Below are positions 51,634 through 61,011 of a stretch of DNA of 64,000 nt, one piece after another. This stretch comes from an uncultured Spirochaetota bacterium (lineage in GTDB: Bacteria > Spirochaetota > UBA4802 > UBA5550). The first letter of the stretch is position 1. Each line of letters starts with the position of its first letter. The stretch lies in contig CAWHAA010000004.1 of NCBI GenBank assembly GCA_963827275.1, positions 672,001 through 736,000 of the forward strand. The letters are read 5' to 3'. The position numbers and the translations under genes are program-made. The notes beneath the pieces are model-generated. The model saw only the letters and a program-made list of their open reading frames with translations, was not told where the DNA came from and searched no databases.

Positions 51634-53600
51634 TCAACCGTTGTATTCCGTGACCATGAGGGTGATGTCGTCCTCGAACTCAGGCGACGTGGTGCCGATG
51701 TAGCTGATGATCGTGCGGTAGATCTCCTCGCAGAGGAGGGGGGCCGACCTGGTGCGGTGCTGCTTGATAAGACGCACCAGGTTGTCCTCGCCGAACATCG
51801 CCAGCTCATGGTTCCGCGCCTCGGTGATACCGTCCGTGTACAGTATGATCTTGTCCCCCTCGCCGAGCCTGGTGGTGACCTCCACCGGGTTCAGCGGGAA
51901 TTTCTCGCTGATGATCCTTCCCTGCGAACCGATGAATTCTATATCGCCCCTGTGCCTGGCCACTATGTATCGGGCGGGTGCCCCGCGTTCGAGGAGACCA
52001 TGGCCCCCGTGGCCAGGTCGATGTGGCAGAAGACCGCCGAGATGAAATGCCCCCCCATTTTTCCCATGAGCGACTGGTAGAGCCTGTCCATGGCGAGCGA
52101 CGTGTTCTTTCCCGCGCTGTAGCACGAGGGGAGTGACATCTTCACCATGGCCGAGAGGAACGCGGCGGGGACGCCGTGCCCGGACACGTCGCAGATGAAC
52201 AGCATCATTTCGCGGCTGTTGTAGGAGAAATCGACGAAGTCGCCCCCCACCGCCATCATCGGCTGGTACTTGAAGCTTAGCGTCACGGCCGGGATGTCGG
52301 GCAGGCGCACCGGCAGGAGCGACATCTGTATGCGCCGCGCCATCATGATCTGGCGGTTCAGCTCCTCCGACTGCGCCTGGATGGTGAGGGTGCGGTCGGT
52401 GACCCGCTGCTCCAGGTGCTCGTTGAGCTGCGAGACCTCCTGTATGAGGCGCTTCTGCTCTTCGGACGCGCTCTGTAAATTTTTCGCCATGGTGTTGAAG
52501 CTGCCCGCGAGCCTGCCGAACTCGTCGGCGCCCTGGACGTCCACCCGGGACCCCAGGTCCCCGGCCGCGAGCGCGTTGACTCCCTCCATGAGCTTCGCCA
52601 TCGGCCGGGTGAAGTGCCGCGCGAGGAAAACCGTGAAGACGGTGGATATGAGGAACGTTATCACCGACACCATAATCGCCACCCGCAGCATGCCCCACTT
52701 GAATTCGTCCACCTCGCGGGAATTTATATCCACCATCACAACGCCGATTCCCTCTCCCCCGCTGTTTAAGATCGGGGCATAGGCGGATATGAATTTCCCG
52801 TACGCGTTGACAACCGGCTCCTCGTCGACGATGTTCTGCTTCTTGTTGATGATCTCCTTGACCCGCGCGATGAACGCTTCTTTCTCGATGAAATCGTTGC
52901 CCGGGTATGATGTCGGCTCGCCCCTGCCGGAGTAGGTGATAGTGCATTCCATGGTTTTGCCGTTAAAGGTGACTGACCCGGTTTTCACGCGGTCGTCCCT
53001 GCGGGCGGTCCCCGCCGGGGTTTCAACGGAAAGGGGGTCCATGGAAAGGACCGTGAATACCGGCTGGCCCTGGATGATAAGCTGCTTCCTGTCCTTCTCA
53101 TCGAGCAGCGTAACGTCAATTTTTCCGATATCGGTGTCGATGGTGAAGTTTTCTTTTTTGAAGGTATAGTTGTATTCCACCGTCATGCGGCCGTCGCTGT
53201 CAAAGAACATATCGAACGCGAAATATTCGGTCTCGAACCACACCAGGTCCTGTTCCGCGATATTTGCGTCGAGGGCATAGAAGATCCGGTCGTTTGCGCG
53301 GTCGTAGTTGAGGGTGTAGATATACCGTATCTCTTTCTCCTGCTTCCACACGGAGTTCATGAGCCTGATATATTCCCAGAACTTCGGGTTTTTCGATGTG
53401 TCCGGGGTCGTGAATGTCTCGTGCACGTCGCCGTCTATGGCGGTCGATATGAACCTGGCGATTGAGAGCTTGTTGGTGCGGAATTTCTGGAAAAAGCGGT
53501 CGCCTGAAGTCCGGTACATGAAGAAGCCGAGGAGGAGCGATATGACCAGGTTAAGGGTCATAAAACCGAGGAACAATTTAAACCGAAGGCTGAAATTCAT
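51634..53600 (-). pseudogene. Sensor-HAMP-SpoIIE phosphatase with a -1 frameshift near 51970
   Basis: VGGDFVD, DVSGHG, NAGHPP in one frame; LYTDG and DDITL in another. Confidence 0.75.
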
Positions 53601-53734
53601 CTTCCGTACGCCCTCCTTATCAAGGTTGCTGGATAAGCAGTTAAAAATCAAGAGTTTAATGGATTTGGACGCGACCGGCACCCGGTTTTCGCGCTGGTGC
53701 TATTTTTTCCGGGGATTGTGAATAACTCTTGACA

Positions 53735-53761
53735 GTATTACGAATATTAGAAAAATAGCAC
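53735..53761 (+). promoter_or_regulatory. NikR-type operator next to a TTGACA -35 box
   Basis: GTATTA-N15-TAGCAC directly after TTGACA 53729-53734. Confidence 0.6.
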
Positions 53762-53815
53762 AATATAAATAACATTGAGTTGGATATACTACCATTGATC
53801 CGGAGGATTTTAAAT

Positions 53816-54760
53816 ATGAGAGTTGCGCCATTATCTGTCAGGTTGTATCTCCTTGCCGCGGTTGGCGGGTTGGCGGTCGCGTTATTCCAGCCGCTCCCTG
53901 CCTTCGCCTTTCACCCCCTCATCACCGATGACACCGGCACGCAGGGAAAGCACAATCTCGAGCTGGAGCTTGCGTACCAGTTTGACCGGGATAGTTCCCG
54001 CGGGTTTGACCGTACCGTGAACAGCATCCTTGAAGGGCTGTGGGGGTCCGTAACGACGCGGGAGGACGCCCATGAGCTGGCCGCCACCATTTCCTACGGC
54101 CTGATCGACCCGCTCGACCTGGTGATCGGCGTCCCGTACGGGCATTCCCGTGCGCGGGAAAGCCGGGTATTTTACAATCCCGATCTCCCCCCCGCGGGCA
54201 TACAGGGCCTGTTGTATAAATCCACGAGCGTCGATACCGGCATCGCCGATCCGCTGGTGGAGCTGAAGTGGCGGTTTTTCGAGCGTGACGGCCTGACCCT
54301 CGCTGTCAAGCCGGGGGCGACGCTGCCCCTCGGCAACGAGGAGGCCGGATTCGGCACCGGGTGCGTCAGCCCGTTCCTCTATTTAATCCTCGGCTATGAG
54401 AAGGAGTGGTTCCTGCTGCACCTGAACCTCGGCTACATCCGCAACCAGAACAAGGTGAATGACCGCGAGGACCTCTGGCACGGGTCGCTGGCCTTCGAGT
54501 TTGTGCTGGTAAAGGACCTCCTCCGCTTTGTCGTGAACACCGGTCTTGAAAGAAACCCGAGCGCCCGTTCCAATTTTCACGATGTCTTTGTGCTGGGAGG
54601 GCTGGTCGTGTCGCCCTCGGAGTTCTGCGACCTTGACCTGGGCTTCAGGTACAGCATTGAAACAAAAGGCGCGGAATCGCCGGGGGCCGATTATTCGGTG
54701 CTGGGCGGGTTCACCGTCAGGTTCGACGGCGGCGCAAAGAAAGAAGAGAAGAGATCATAA
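53816..54760 (+). CDS. Outer-membrane transporter (MetA-pathway/phenol-degradation barrel-like)
   Basis: Signal peptide, FHPLITDDTGT, ELKWRF, PLGNEEAGFGTG. Confidence 0.7.
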   Translation: MRVAPLSVRLYLLAAVGGLAVALFQPLPAFAFHPLITDDTGTQGKHNLELELAYQFDRDSSRGFDRTVNSILEGLWGSVTTREDAHELAATISYGLIDPLDLVIGVPYGHSRARESRVFYNPDLPPAGIQGLLYKSTSVDTGIADPLVELKWRFFERDGLTLAVKPGATLPLGNEEAGFGTGCVSPFLYLILGYEKEWFLLHLNLGYIRNQNKVNDREDLWHGSLAFEFVLVKDLLRFVVNTGLERNPSARSNFHDVFVLGGLVVSPSEFCDLDLGFRYSIETKGAESPGADYSVLGGFTVRFDGGAKKEEKRS

Positions 54761-54771
54761 GGAGAACAACC

Positions 54772-55455
54772 ATGCATATTCCAGATGGATACCTTAGTCC
54801 GCAGACCTACGTGCCGCTCTATGCGGTCTTCGCCGGGTTCATCGGCGTAGCGCTGAAAAAAGTGCGCCAGACCCTGTCGGCCAAGAATATTCCCTACCTG
54901 GGGATGGCCGCGGCCTTTTCCTTTCTCATCATGATGTTCAACGTCCCGGTCCCGGGGGCGACGACGGGGCATGCCGTGGGCGCGGCGATCGTCGCGCTGG
55001 TGCTCGGTCCCTGGCCGGCGGTCGTGGCGGTGTCCGTGGCCCTCATCATACAGGCATTCCTGTTCGGCGACGGCGGCATCACGGCCATCGGCGCCAACTG
55101 CTTCAACATGGCGGTGGTGATGCCCTTCGCCGCGGTCCTTGTCTTCAGGCTGGCGCGCGGGAAGTCTTCCGGCGGCTGGAGACTGCACCTGGCCGCGTTC
55201 CTGTCCGGCTACATCAGCCTGGTCATCGCCGCGATCGTCACCGCGATCGAGTTCGGCATCCAGCCGCTCATCGCGTCCGCGGACGGGAAGCCCCTCTACG
55301 CGCCGTACGGGCTGGCAATCGCGCTGCCGGCAATGGCCATCGAGCACATGGTGCTGTTCGGCGTCATCGAGGGAGTGGTGACCATGCTGGTCCTGATGTA
55401 TTTTATGAAAAATGACCGCGGCAGCGTATACGCCCTGAAGGAGGCGGCGCGATGA
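54772..55455 (+). CDS. nikM: ECF Ni/Co substrate component NikM/CbiM
   Basis: N-terminus MHIPDGYL; TTGHAVG; DGGITAIGAN. Confidence 0.85.
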   Translation: MHIPDGYLSPQTYVPLYAVFAGFIGVALKKVRQTLSAKNIPYLGMAAAFSFLIMMFNVPVPGATTGHAVGAAIVALVLGPWPAVVAVSVALIIQAFLFGDGGITAIGANCFNMAVVMPFAAVLVFRLARGKSSGGWRLHLAAFLSGYISLVIAAIVTAIEFGIQPLIASADGKPLYAPYGLAIALPAMAIEHMVLFGVIEGVVTMLVLMYFMKNDRGSVYALKEAAR

Positions 55456-55787
55456 CCTCGTTCCAGAAAAAGACACTGGTGATCCTCGCGGTACTGGCGC
55501 TCCTTTCTCCCCTCGGCATCATCCTGCCGGAGCAGTTCAAGGCGGGTGACGCCTGGGGGGAGTGGTCAACGGAAACGCTCCAGGAACTGGTCGGTTTCGT
55601 GCCTGAAAAACTGAAGGAGACGGCCGGCCTGTGGCAGGCGCCTATCCCGGATTACAACCTGGGGGACGAAACATCGTCGTTCACCGTCCAGGCTCTTTCG
55701 TATATCCTGTCCGGCGCCATCGGCATCGTCCTCTGCATCCTCGTCCTGTTCGGTCTGTCGAAATTGCTGGTCAAAAAAAAGGAGTGA
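55452..55787 (+). CDS. nikN: NikN-like PDGLE-domain component
   Basis: LSPLG, AWGEW, APIPDY; two TMs. Confidence 0.75.
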   Translation: MTSFQKKTLVILAVLALLSPLGIILPEQFKAGDAWGEWSTETLQELVGFVPEKLKETAGLWQAPIPDYNLGDETSSFTVQALSYILSGAIGIVLCILVLFGLSKLLVKKKE

Positions 55788-55873
55788 CAGGGCATATCCA
55801 ACTCTTTAAATGAGAGATCTTAATAAAGCAGGGCCTCACCCGGCACATTGGAGGGAGCCCTGCAATTTTTTGC

Positions 55874-56764
55874 GTGGCGGATACAATACCAGGACATGCC
55901 GCAGTGACATTTATTGACAAAACAATCACGTCTATCGCCGAAATCATCAGGTCGAGTTACCTCTACGGGGAGATGGCGGCAAAAAACGGCCTCTTCCAGA
56001 AGCTCGACCCGCGCCTGAAAGTCGTTTTCATGGTCTATTTGATCGTGATCGTGAGCATGATGCGGAGCGTGTATGTCGAGTGCGCCATCGCGGCCTTTAT
56101 CTTTGCGCTGGCCGTCCTGTCGCGGCTGGATCTTTTTCACCTGTACCGGCGCGTCATCGGCTTCGCCTTTTTTTTCGGGTTCCTCATCGCGCTCCCCTCG
56201 GCCTTCAACGTGATCACCCGCGGGGAGATCATCCTGCCCGTGGCGTCGCTCGCCCGGGACCATCAATTCTGGATCTACCATGTGCCGAAAGAGATCGGCA
56301 TCACGCGGGAGGGGGCCTTCGGAGTCGCCATGCTCACCCTGCGCGTGGCCAATTCCCTGGGGATATCCCTCCTCGTCATCTCAACCACGCCCTTCTTCGA
56401 GGTGATCAGGGCGCTCAAGGTATTCCGGGTGCCGGACACGTTCCTGATGATCATCATCCTGACGTATAAATATATCTTTATCTTATCGAAGACCGTGGAG
56501 GACATGTACCTGGCCATGAAGAGCCGCCTGGCCGGCGCGGCGGACGGCGGCACGGGCAGGAGATTGATCGCCGGCCGCATCTTTTTCATTTTCAAAAAAT
56601 CGCAGCTGCGGTATGAAGAGACCTACCGGGCCATGGTGAGCCGCGGGTTTACGGGGGATGTCGAGCTCTACGGCGGCAGGGAGCTGACCGCGCGGGACGT
56701 TGCCGCGGGGATCGTGCTGGGAGCGGCGGGGGCGGTGTTTATTGTGATGCAGGTGGTCCTGTAA
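55874..56764 (+). CDS. nikQ: ECF transmembrane T component NikQ/CbiQ
   Basis: LDPRLK, AMKSR, AMVSRGF. Confidence 0.85.
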   Translation: MADTIPGHAAVTFIDKTITSIAEIIRSSYLYGEMAAKNGLFQKLDPRLKVVFMVYLIVIVSMMRSVYVECAIAAFIFALAVLSRLDLFHLYRRVIGFAFFFGFLIALPSAFNVITRGEIILPVASLARDHQFWIYHVPKEIGITREGAFGVAMLTLRVANSLGISLLVISTTPFFEVIRALKVFRVPDTFLMIIILTYKYIFILSKTVEDMYLAMKSRLAGAADGGTGRRLIAGRIFFIFKKSQLRYEETYRAMVSRGFTGDVELYGGRELTARDVAAGIVLGAAGAVFIVMQVVL

Positions 56765-56790
56765 GCCCCCCTGCGTAACGGACACGGGTG

Positions 56791-57160
56791 CCCCCCCTGA
56801 CCCGCTTCGACAAGCTCAGCACGGCGCCCGTAGGGGGCATGAATCAAGGGGTTGAATGTAGTTGAAGAATAAACAACTTGAGGGATACAGGTTCAGATGT
56901 CAGCATCCAATATGTCGCTATATTCTTGATTTTTACTCTGATGAAAGGTTTCTGGCAATTGAATTGGAGGGAGACATCCATAAAGAAAGAAAAGACTGTG
57001 ATGAATACCGTGACGATTTCATGAAGAGTCTCGGGATCACGACATTGCGATTTGTTAATGATCAAGTTATGAAAGACATTGATTCAGTCGTTGTTAAGAT
57101 CAAGAAAGAATTAACAGAGAAAGTAAAATCCTTCGTGCCCCCTACGGGGGACAGGGGGGC
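56791..57160. mobile_element. Inverted-repeat-bounded cassette carrying a DUF559 relic
   Basis: 56827-56843 vs 57132-57148 inverted, 16/17 identical; outer arms 56791-56802 and 57149-57160. Confidence 0.6.
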
Positions 57161-57170
57161 GGTCAGCTGA
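56862..57170 (+). pseudogene. N-terminally truncated DUF559 (Vsr-like) endonuclease
   Basis: FRCQHPICRYILDF, IELEGDIH, D..RD..M..LGITTLRF.N; AT-rich; in-frame TAG just upstream. Confidence 0.75.
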
Positions 57171-57184
57171 GTAAGGGACAATTA

Positions 57185-58075
57185 ATGAAAATAATCGAAC
57201 TTCAAAACGTTTCCTACAGCTTTTACGATATCGTGCCCGCGCTTACGGACGTGAGCATGTCGATCGAGGAGGGCGAGATGGTCGCCGTGATCGGGGCCAA
57301 CGGGAGCGGCAAATCGACGCTCCTCCAGGTGATGAACGGGCTCATCCACCCGCATGCCGGCACGGTCCGCTTCAGGGGCGATGAGGTCACCGAGAAAAGG
57401 CTCCAGGACCGCGCCTTCCAGCGCCGGTTCCGCTCGCGCGTGGGCATGGTGTTCCAGAATTCCGACGTGCAGCTCTTCTGCCCCACGGTGTTCGACGAGC
57501 TCGTGTTCGGGCCGATGCAGCTCGGCCTGCCGAAAGACCAGGTGCTCCGGAGGGCCAGCGAGACCATGGAGATGCTGAACATCGAAAACCTCAGGGACAG
57601 GCCCACGCACATGCTGTCGGGCGGCGAGAAGAAGCGGGTGGCCATCGGGTCGTCGCTGACCATGGACCCGGAGCTGCTCCTGCTGGATGAGCCCGCGAGC
57701 GGCCTTGACCCGAAGACCGAGTCCTTTCTCACGGACCTCATCATATCCCTTTCGGAATCGGGAAAGACCATCGTTATCGCCACGCATGACCTCGAACTGG
57801 TGGACCACCTGCAGCCGAAGGTGGCGGTCATATCCGAGGAGCACCGGATCGAGAAGACCGGCGCCGTGGAGGATGTCCTCCGTGACACGGAGCTCCTCGT
57901 GAAGGTCAACCTGGTGCACGAGCACCGGCACCGGCACGGTGACAGAGTGCATTCCCACCTGCATTCGCATTATTTTTTTCACGACCACAAGAAATCACGC
58001 GAGCACGGGCATGAGCACGGCGAGCGGCATTCCCATCCGCATGACGCCGGGGGGAAGGGGCACACGCACAAATAA
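57185..58075 (+). CDS. nikO: ECF ATPase NikO/CbiO with His-rich tail
   Basis: GANGSGKST, LSGGEKKR, LLDEP, HD. Confidence 0.9.
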   Translation: MKIIELQNVSYSFYDIVPALTDVSMSIEEGEMVAVIGANGSGKSTLLQVMNGLIHPHAGTVRFRGDEVTEKRLQDRAFQRRFRSRVGMVFQNSDVQLFCPTVFDELVFGPMQLGLPKDQVLRRASETMEMLNIENLRDRPTHMLSGGEKKRVAIGSSLTMDPELLLLDEPASGLDPKTESFLTDLIISLSESGKTIVIATHDLELVDHLQPKVAVISEEHRIEKTGAVEDVLRDTELLVKVNLVHEHRHRHGDRVHSHLHSHYFFHDHKKSREHGHEHGERHSHPHDAGGKGHTHK

Positions 58076-58083
58076 GGCGGGTG

Positions 58084-59253
58084 TTACTCCACCAGCAGCA
58101 GCATTCCTTTCAGATACTCCGTCTCGGGGCAGAAGATATTCACGGGGTGGTCGCAGGGCTGGCCGTATTTCCCGATGATCGCGGCCTTCCGGCCCGCGTC
58201 GGCGAAGGCCTCGAATATCACCATCTGGAAAAGGTCCATGCCTATGAAGCGCGAGCAGGAGCAGGTGAGCAGCATCGTGCCCGCGGGGCAGCGCCGGGCC
58301 GCCTGGAGGTGGAGGTCCTTGTACCCGCGGCAGGCCCTGTCCACCGAGCCCCTGTTCTTCGCCAGGGCCGGCGGATCGAGGATGACCAGGCCCGCGTCGA
58401 TCGGCCCCTCCCTGAGGTACTGGAAGATGTCCGCCCGGATGAACTCGCAGGGGGCCGACACGCTGTTCAGCGCCATGTTCCGCTTCGCCATCTCCAGCGC
58501 GTCCGCGGACGAGTCGACCGAGACGATCCTGCGCGCGCCGCCTGCCGCGGCCGCGACGCTGAAGCCGCCCGTGTAGCAGAAGAGGTTGAGCACGTCACGG
58601 CCGCCGGCGATGCGTTTCACCAGTGAGCGGTTGTCCCGCTGGTCGAGGTAGAACCCCGTCTTCTGGCCCGCGCCGATATCGATATGGAACGAAAGGCCGC
58701 CCTCGCGCAGTACCAGGTCCCGGGGCGTCGTGCCGAGGACCTGGCCCTCTGCGGGAGAAAGGCCCTCGAGGCCGCGCCCCTCGTGATCGCTCCGCTCGTA
58801 GATGCTCGCCGGCCGTATCTCTTCCGCGAGTATGCCGGTGATCGCGTCCTTGAGCCGCTCCATGCCCAGGGTGAGGACCTGCATGACCAGGTGGCCGCCG
58901 TAATAATCGACGATCAGGCCCGGGAGAAAATCGCCCTCGGAGAAGATGAGGCGGTAGGCCTCCGTGTCCCGGAGAAGGGGGCTGGTGGTGCGCTTCGCAA
59001 CGGCAGCCCGGATCAGTTCCCGCAGATAGGTATCGGTGACTTCCTGCCCGTCAAAAGCAAGCATCCGCACCGCGATCTGCGTTTTGCCGTTGTAGTAGCC
59101 TGAGCCGAGGAGGCCACCGGCGGCGTCGCGCACGGCGACAATATCCCCGTCAGCAATGCCGGGGTCTTTTTTACCGATAGCCCCGGAGAATATCCAGGGG
59201 TGCCGGTTGCGCACGGCCTTGTCCTTGCGCTGTTTCAGGTAAATGCTGTTCAT
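58084..59253 (-). CDS. rlmI: 23S rRNA m5C1962 methyltransferase RlmI
   Basis: HPWIFSG (PUA), EGDFLPGL, GQKTGFYLDQR, LDPPA, CSCS, YLKG. Confidence 0.88.
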   Translation of the reverse strand: MNSIYLKQRKDKAVRNRHPWIFSGAIGKKDPGIADGDIVAVRDAAGGLLGSGYYNGKTQIAVRMLAFDGQEVTDTYLRELIRAAVAKRTTSPLLRDTEAYRLIFSEGDFLPGLIVDYYGGHLVMQVLTLGMERLKDAITGILAEEIRPASIYERSDHEGRGLEGLSPAEGQVLGTTPRDLVLREGGLSFHIDIGAGQKTGFYLDQRDNRSLVKRIAGGRDVLNLFCYTGGFSVAAAAGGARRIVSVDSSADALEMAKRNMALNSVSAPCEFIRADIFQYLREGPIDAGLVILDPPALAKNRGSVDRACRGYKDLHLQAARRCPAGTMLLTCSCSRFIGMDLFQMVIFEAFADAGRKAAIIGKYGQPCDHPVNIFCPETEYLKGMLLLVE

Positions 59254-59297
59254 CGAATTCTGATAATCCGTGATTGGGGTGATGTCAATTAAAATAC

Positions 59298-59433
59298 TAC
59301 CGATAACTATCGGCCGGGGAGGTTGCTCTGACCCCCCGGGAAGTACCGATAACTATCGGTCGGGGAGGTTGCTCTGACCCCCCGGGAAGTACCGATAACT
59401 ATCGGCCGGGGAGGTTGCTCTGACCCCGGGGAA
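59298..59433 (+). repeat. Three tandem 46-bp units containing motifs A and B
   Basis: TACCGATAACTATCGGYCGGGGAGGTTGCTCTGACCCC.. at 59298, 59344, 59390. Confidence 0.95.
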
Positions 59434-59551
59434 TAACATTACAAAACAACAAATTTGCATAAATTTAAGCGCGGACGCGTCGCCTTCCAATCAGACGGTT
59501 TTCTTGTTATAATTTCTTGACGTGGAGTATAGCTTTAATACATTTGTTATC

Positions 59552-60001
59552 ATGAAGTTCATCATTCTTATCTCTCTGGCGATCGCTCTCCAGACCTCTG
59601 TCTTCATCCATATTTACTGCCTGATAGGCTATATCTCCACGAAAAAGATGGCGTATTTCAGATACTTCATGATCACCGTCATAACGAATTTAGTCCTGAG
59701 CATCGCCCTTGCCGTTATAGTCATGAACGATCCGAGGATGCTCCGCGGCATCAACATGGACGCCGTGTACGTCCTCGAATCGGGCCTGGTCTTTATCTAT
59801 ATGCTGGCGGTCAAGATCCGCGTCACCATCATCATCATAAAGCGCGTCAGGGACCCGAAAAACTACCACTTCTCCCACTTCGGCAAAAAAATATACAACA
59901 CCTCGGTCGTCAACTTCCAGGAAGTCGCGACCTATTTCATAACCTTCCCCTTTACCCTTATCGCGGGTGCGTACTTCTTTGTGCGGGTGATGAAGATGTA
60001 G
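59552..60001 (+). CDS. Hypothetical membrane protein
   Basis: Four TM segments. Confidence 0.6.
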   Translation: MKFIILISLAIALQTSVFIHIYCLIGYISTKKMAYFRYFMITVITNLVLSIALAVIVMNDPRMLRGINMDAVYVLESGLVFIYMLAVKIRVTIIIIKRVRDPKNYHFSHFGKKIYNTSVVNFQEVATYFITFPFTLIAGAYFFVRVMKM

Positions 60002-60025
60002 TGCCGTGCGGGGATGGCCCCCCGG

Positions 60026-60853
60026 TCAGAGGCTGGTGCGTTCCGAGCGTATCGGCTCCCCGAAAAATATCGCGCCCAGCGTGTCGAAGAGCTCCGTCGA
60101 ATCCGTTGTGAGGAACTGCAGCCTGCCGCCCCGCGAGCAGCGTGCCGCCATGTCCGGGTGCCGCGCGAGGTAGTCCACGAGGCTGTCCGCGACGATCCGG
60201 TCCTGGGGGATGACCGTGACGCCCGGCGGGGTGAATTTCTTTATCGGCCCCATGAGGAGCGGGTAGTGGGTGCACCCCAGTATGACGGCGTCGATGGCGG
60301 GGTCCCGCGCCAGCAGGCGGGTGATGTTCTTCTCCACGAAGTAATCGGTGCCGGGCCCGGCGAGCTCGTTGTTCTCAACCAGCGGGACCCAGAGGGGGCA
60401 GGCCTCCTGGGTGACGGCGATGTCCGGGAAGAGCTTCCGTATCTCGAGGAGATACGACTGCGAGGTGACCGTGCCCGCGGTGCCGAGGATGCCCACGTGC
60501 TTCGATTTCGTCACCGAGCCGACGGTTTCAGCAGTCGGCCTGATGACGCCCAGCACGCGCCGCTCCGGGTCGATGCCGGGAAGGTCGTTCTGCTGGATGG
60601 TGCGGAGCGCCCTCGCGGAGGCGGTATTGCAGGCAAGGATGACCAGCGGGCATCCCAGGCCGAAGAGCCGCTTTACCGCTTCGAGGGTGTAGGCGTACAC
60701 CGTCTCGAAGGAGCGGGCGCCGTACGGGTTCCTGGCGTTGTCGCCGAGGTAAACGAAATCGTGGCCCGGCAGCTTCCTGGCGAACTCCTTCAGGACCGTG
60801 AGGCCCCCGTAGCCGGAGTCGAATACACCGATGGGATGCGGCGTGCTGTTCAT
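60026..60853 (-). CDS. murI: Glutamate racemase
   Basis: GVFDSGYGGL, PYG, ACNTAS, LGCTHYP. Confidence 0.95.
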   Translation of the reverse strand: MNSTPHPIGVFDSGYGGLTVLKEFARKLPGHDFVYLGDNARNPYGARSFETVYAYTLEAVKRLFGLGCPLVILACNTASARALRTIQQNDLPGIDPERRVLGVIRPTAETVGSVTKSKHVGILGTAGTVTSQSYLLEIRKLFPDIAVTQEACPLWVPLVENNELAGPGTDYFVEKNITRLLARDPAIDAVILGCTHYPLLMGPIKKFTPPGVTVIPQDRIVADSLVDYLARHPDMAARCSRGGRLQFLTTDSTELFDTLGAIFFGEPIRSERTSL

Positions 60854-61011
60854 GGTAGATGTATACACCCGAAGCGCGCGCGATTGTCAAGTATTTATGA
60901 TCGCCCCCGCCGACGCATCCCGCCGGGACGTGTTCCCGAAATTAATATTGACAGATACCGCGTGGTTAATTTGATTGTTGCAATTCATGGGGGGAAGGCT
61001 GACGGAAAACG

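Noticed and set aside
53600..53815. Cobalamin riboswitch before the cbiM-like operon
   Set aside because: Region is short and AT-rich with no B12-box; a NikR-like site fits better.
59298..59433. CRISPR array
   Set aside because: Whole 46-bp units are repeated; there are no unique spacers.
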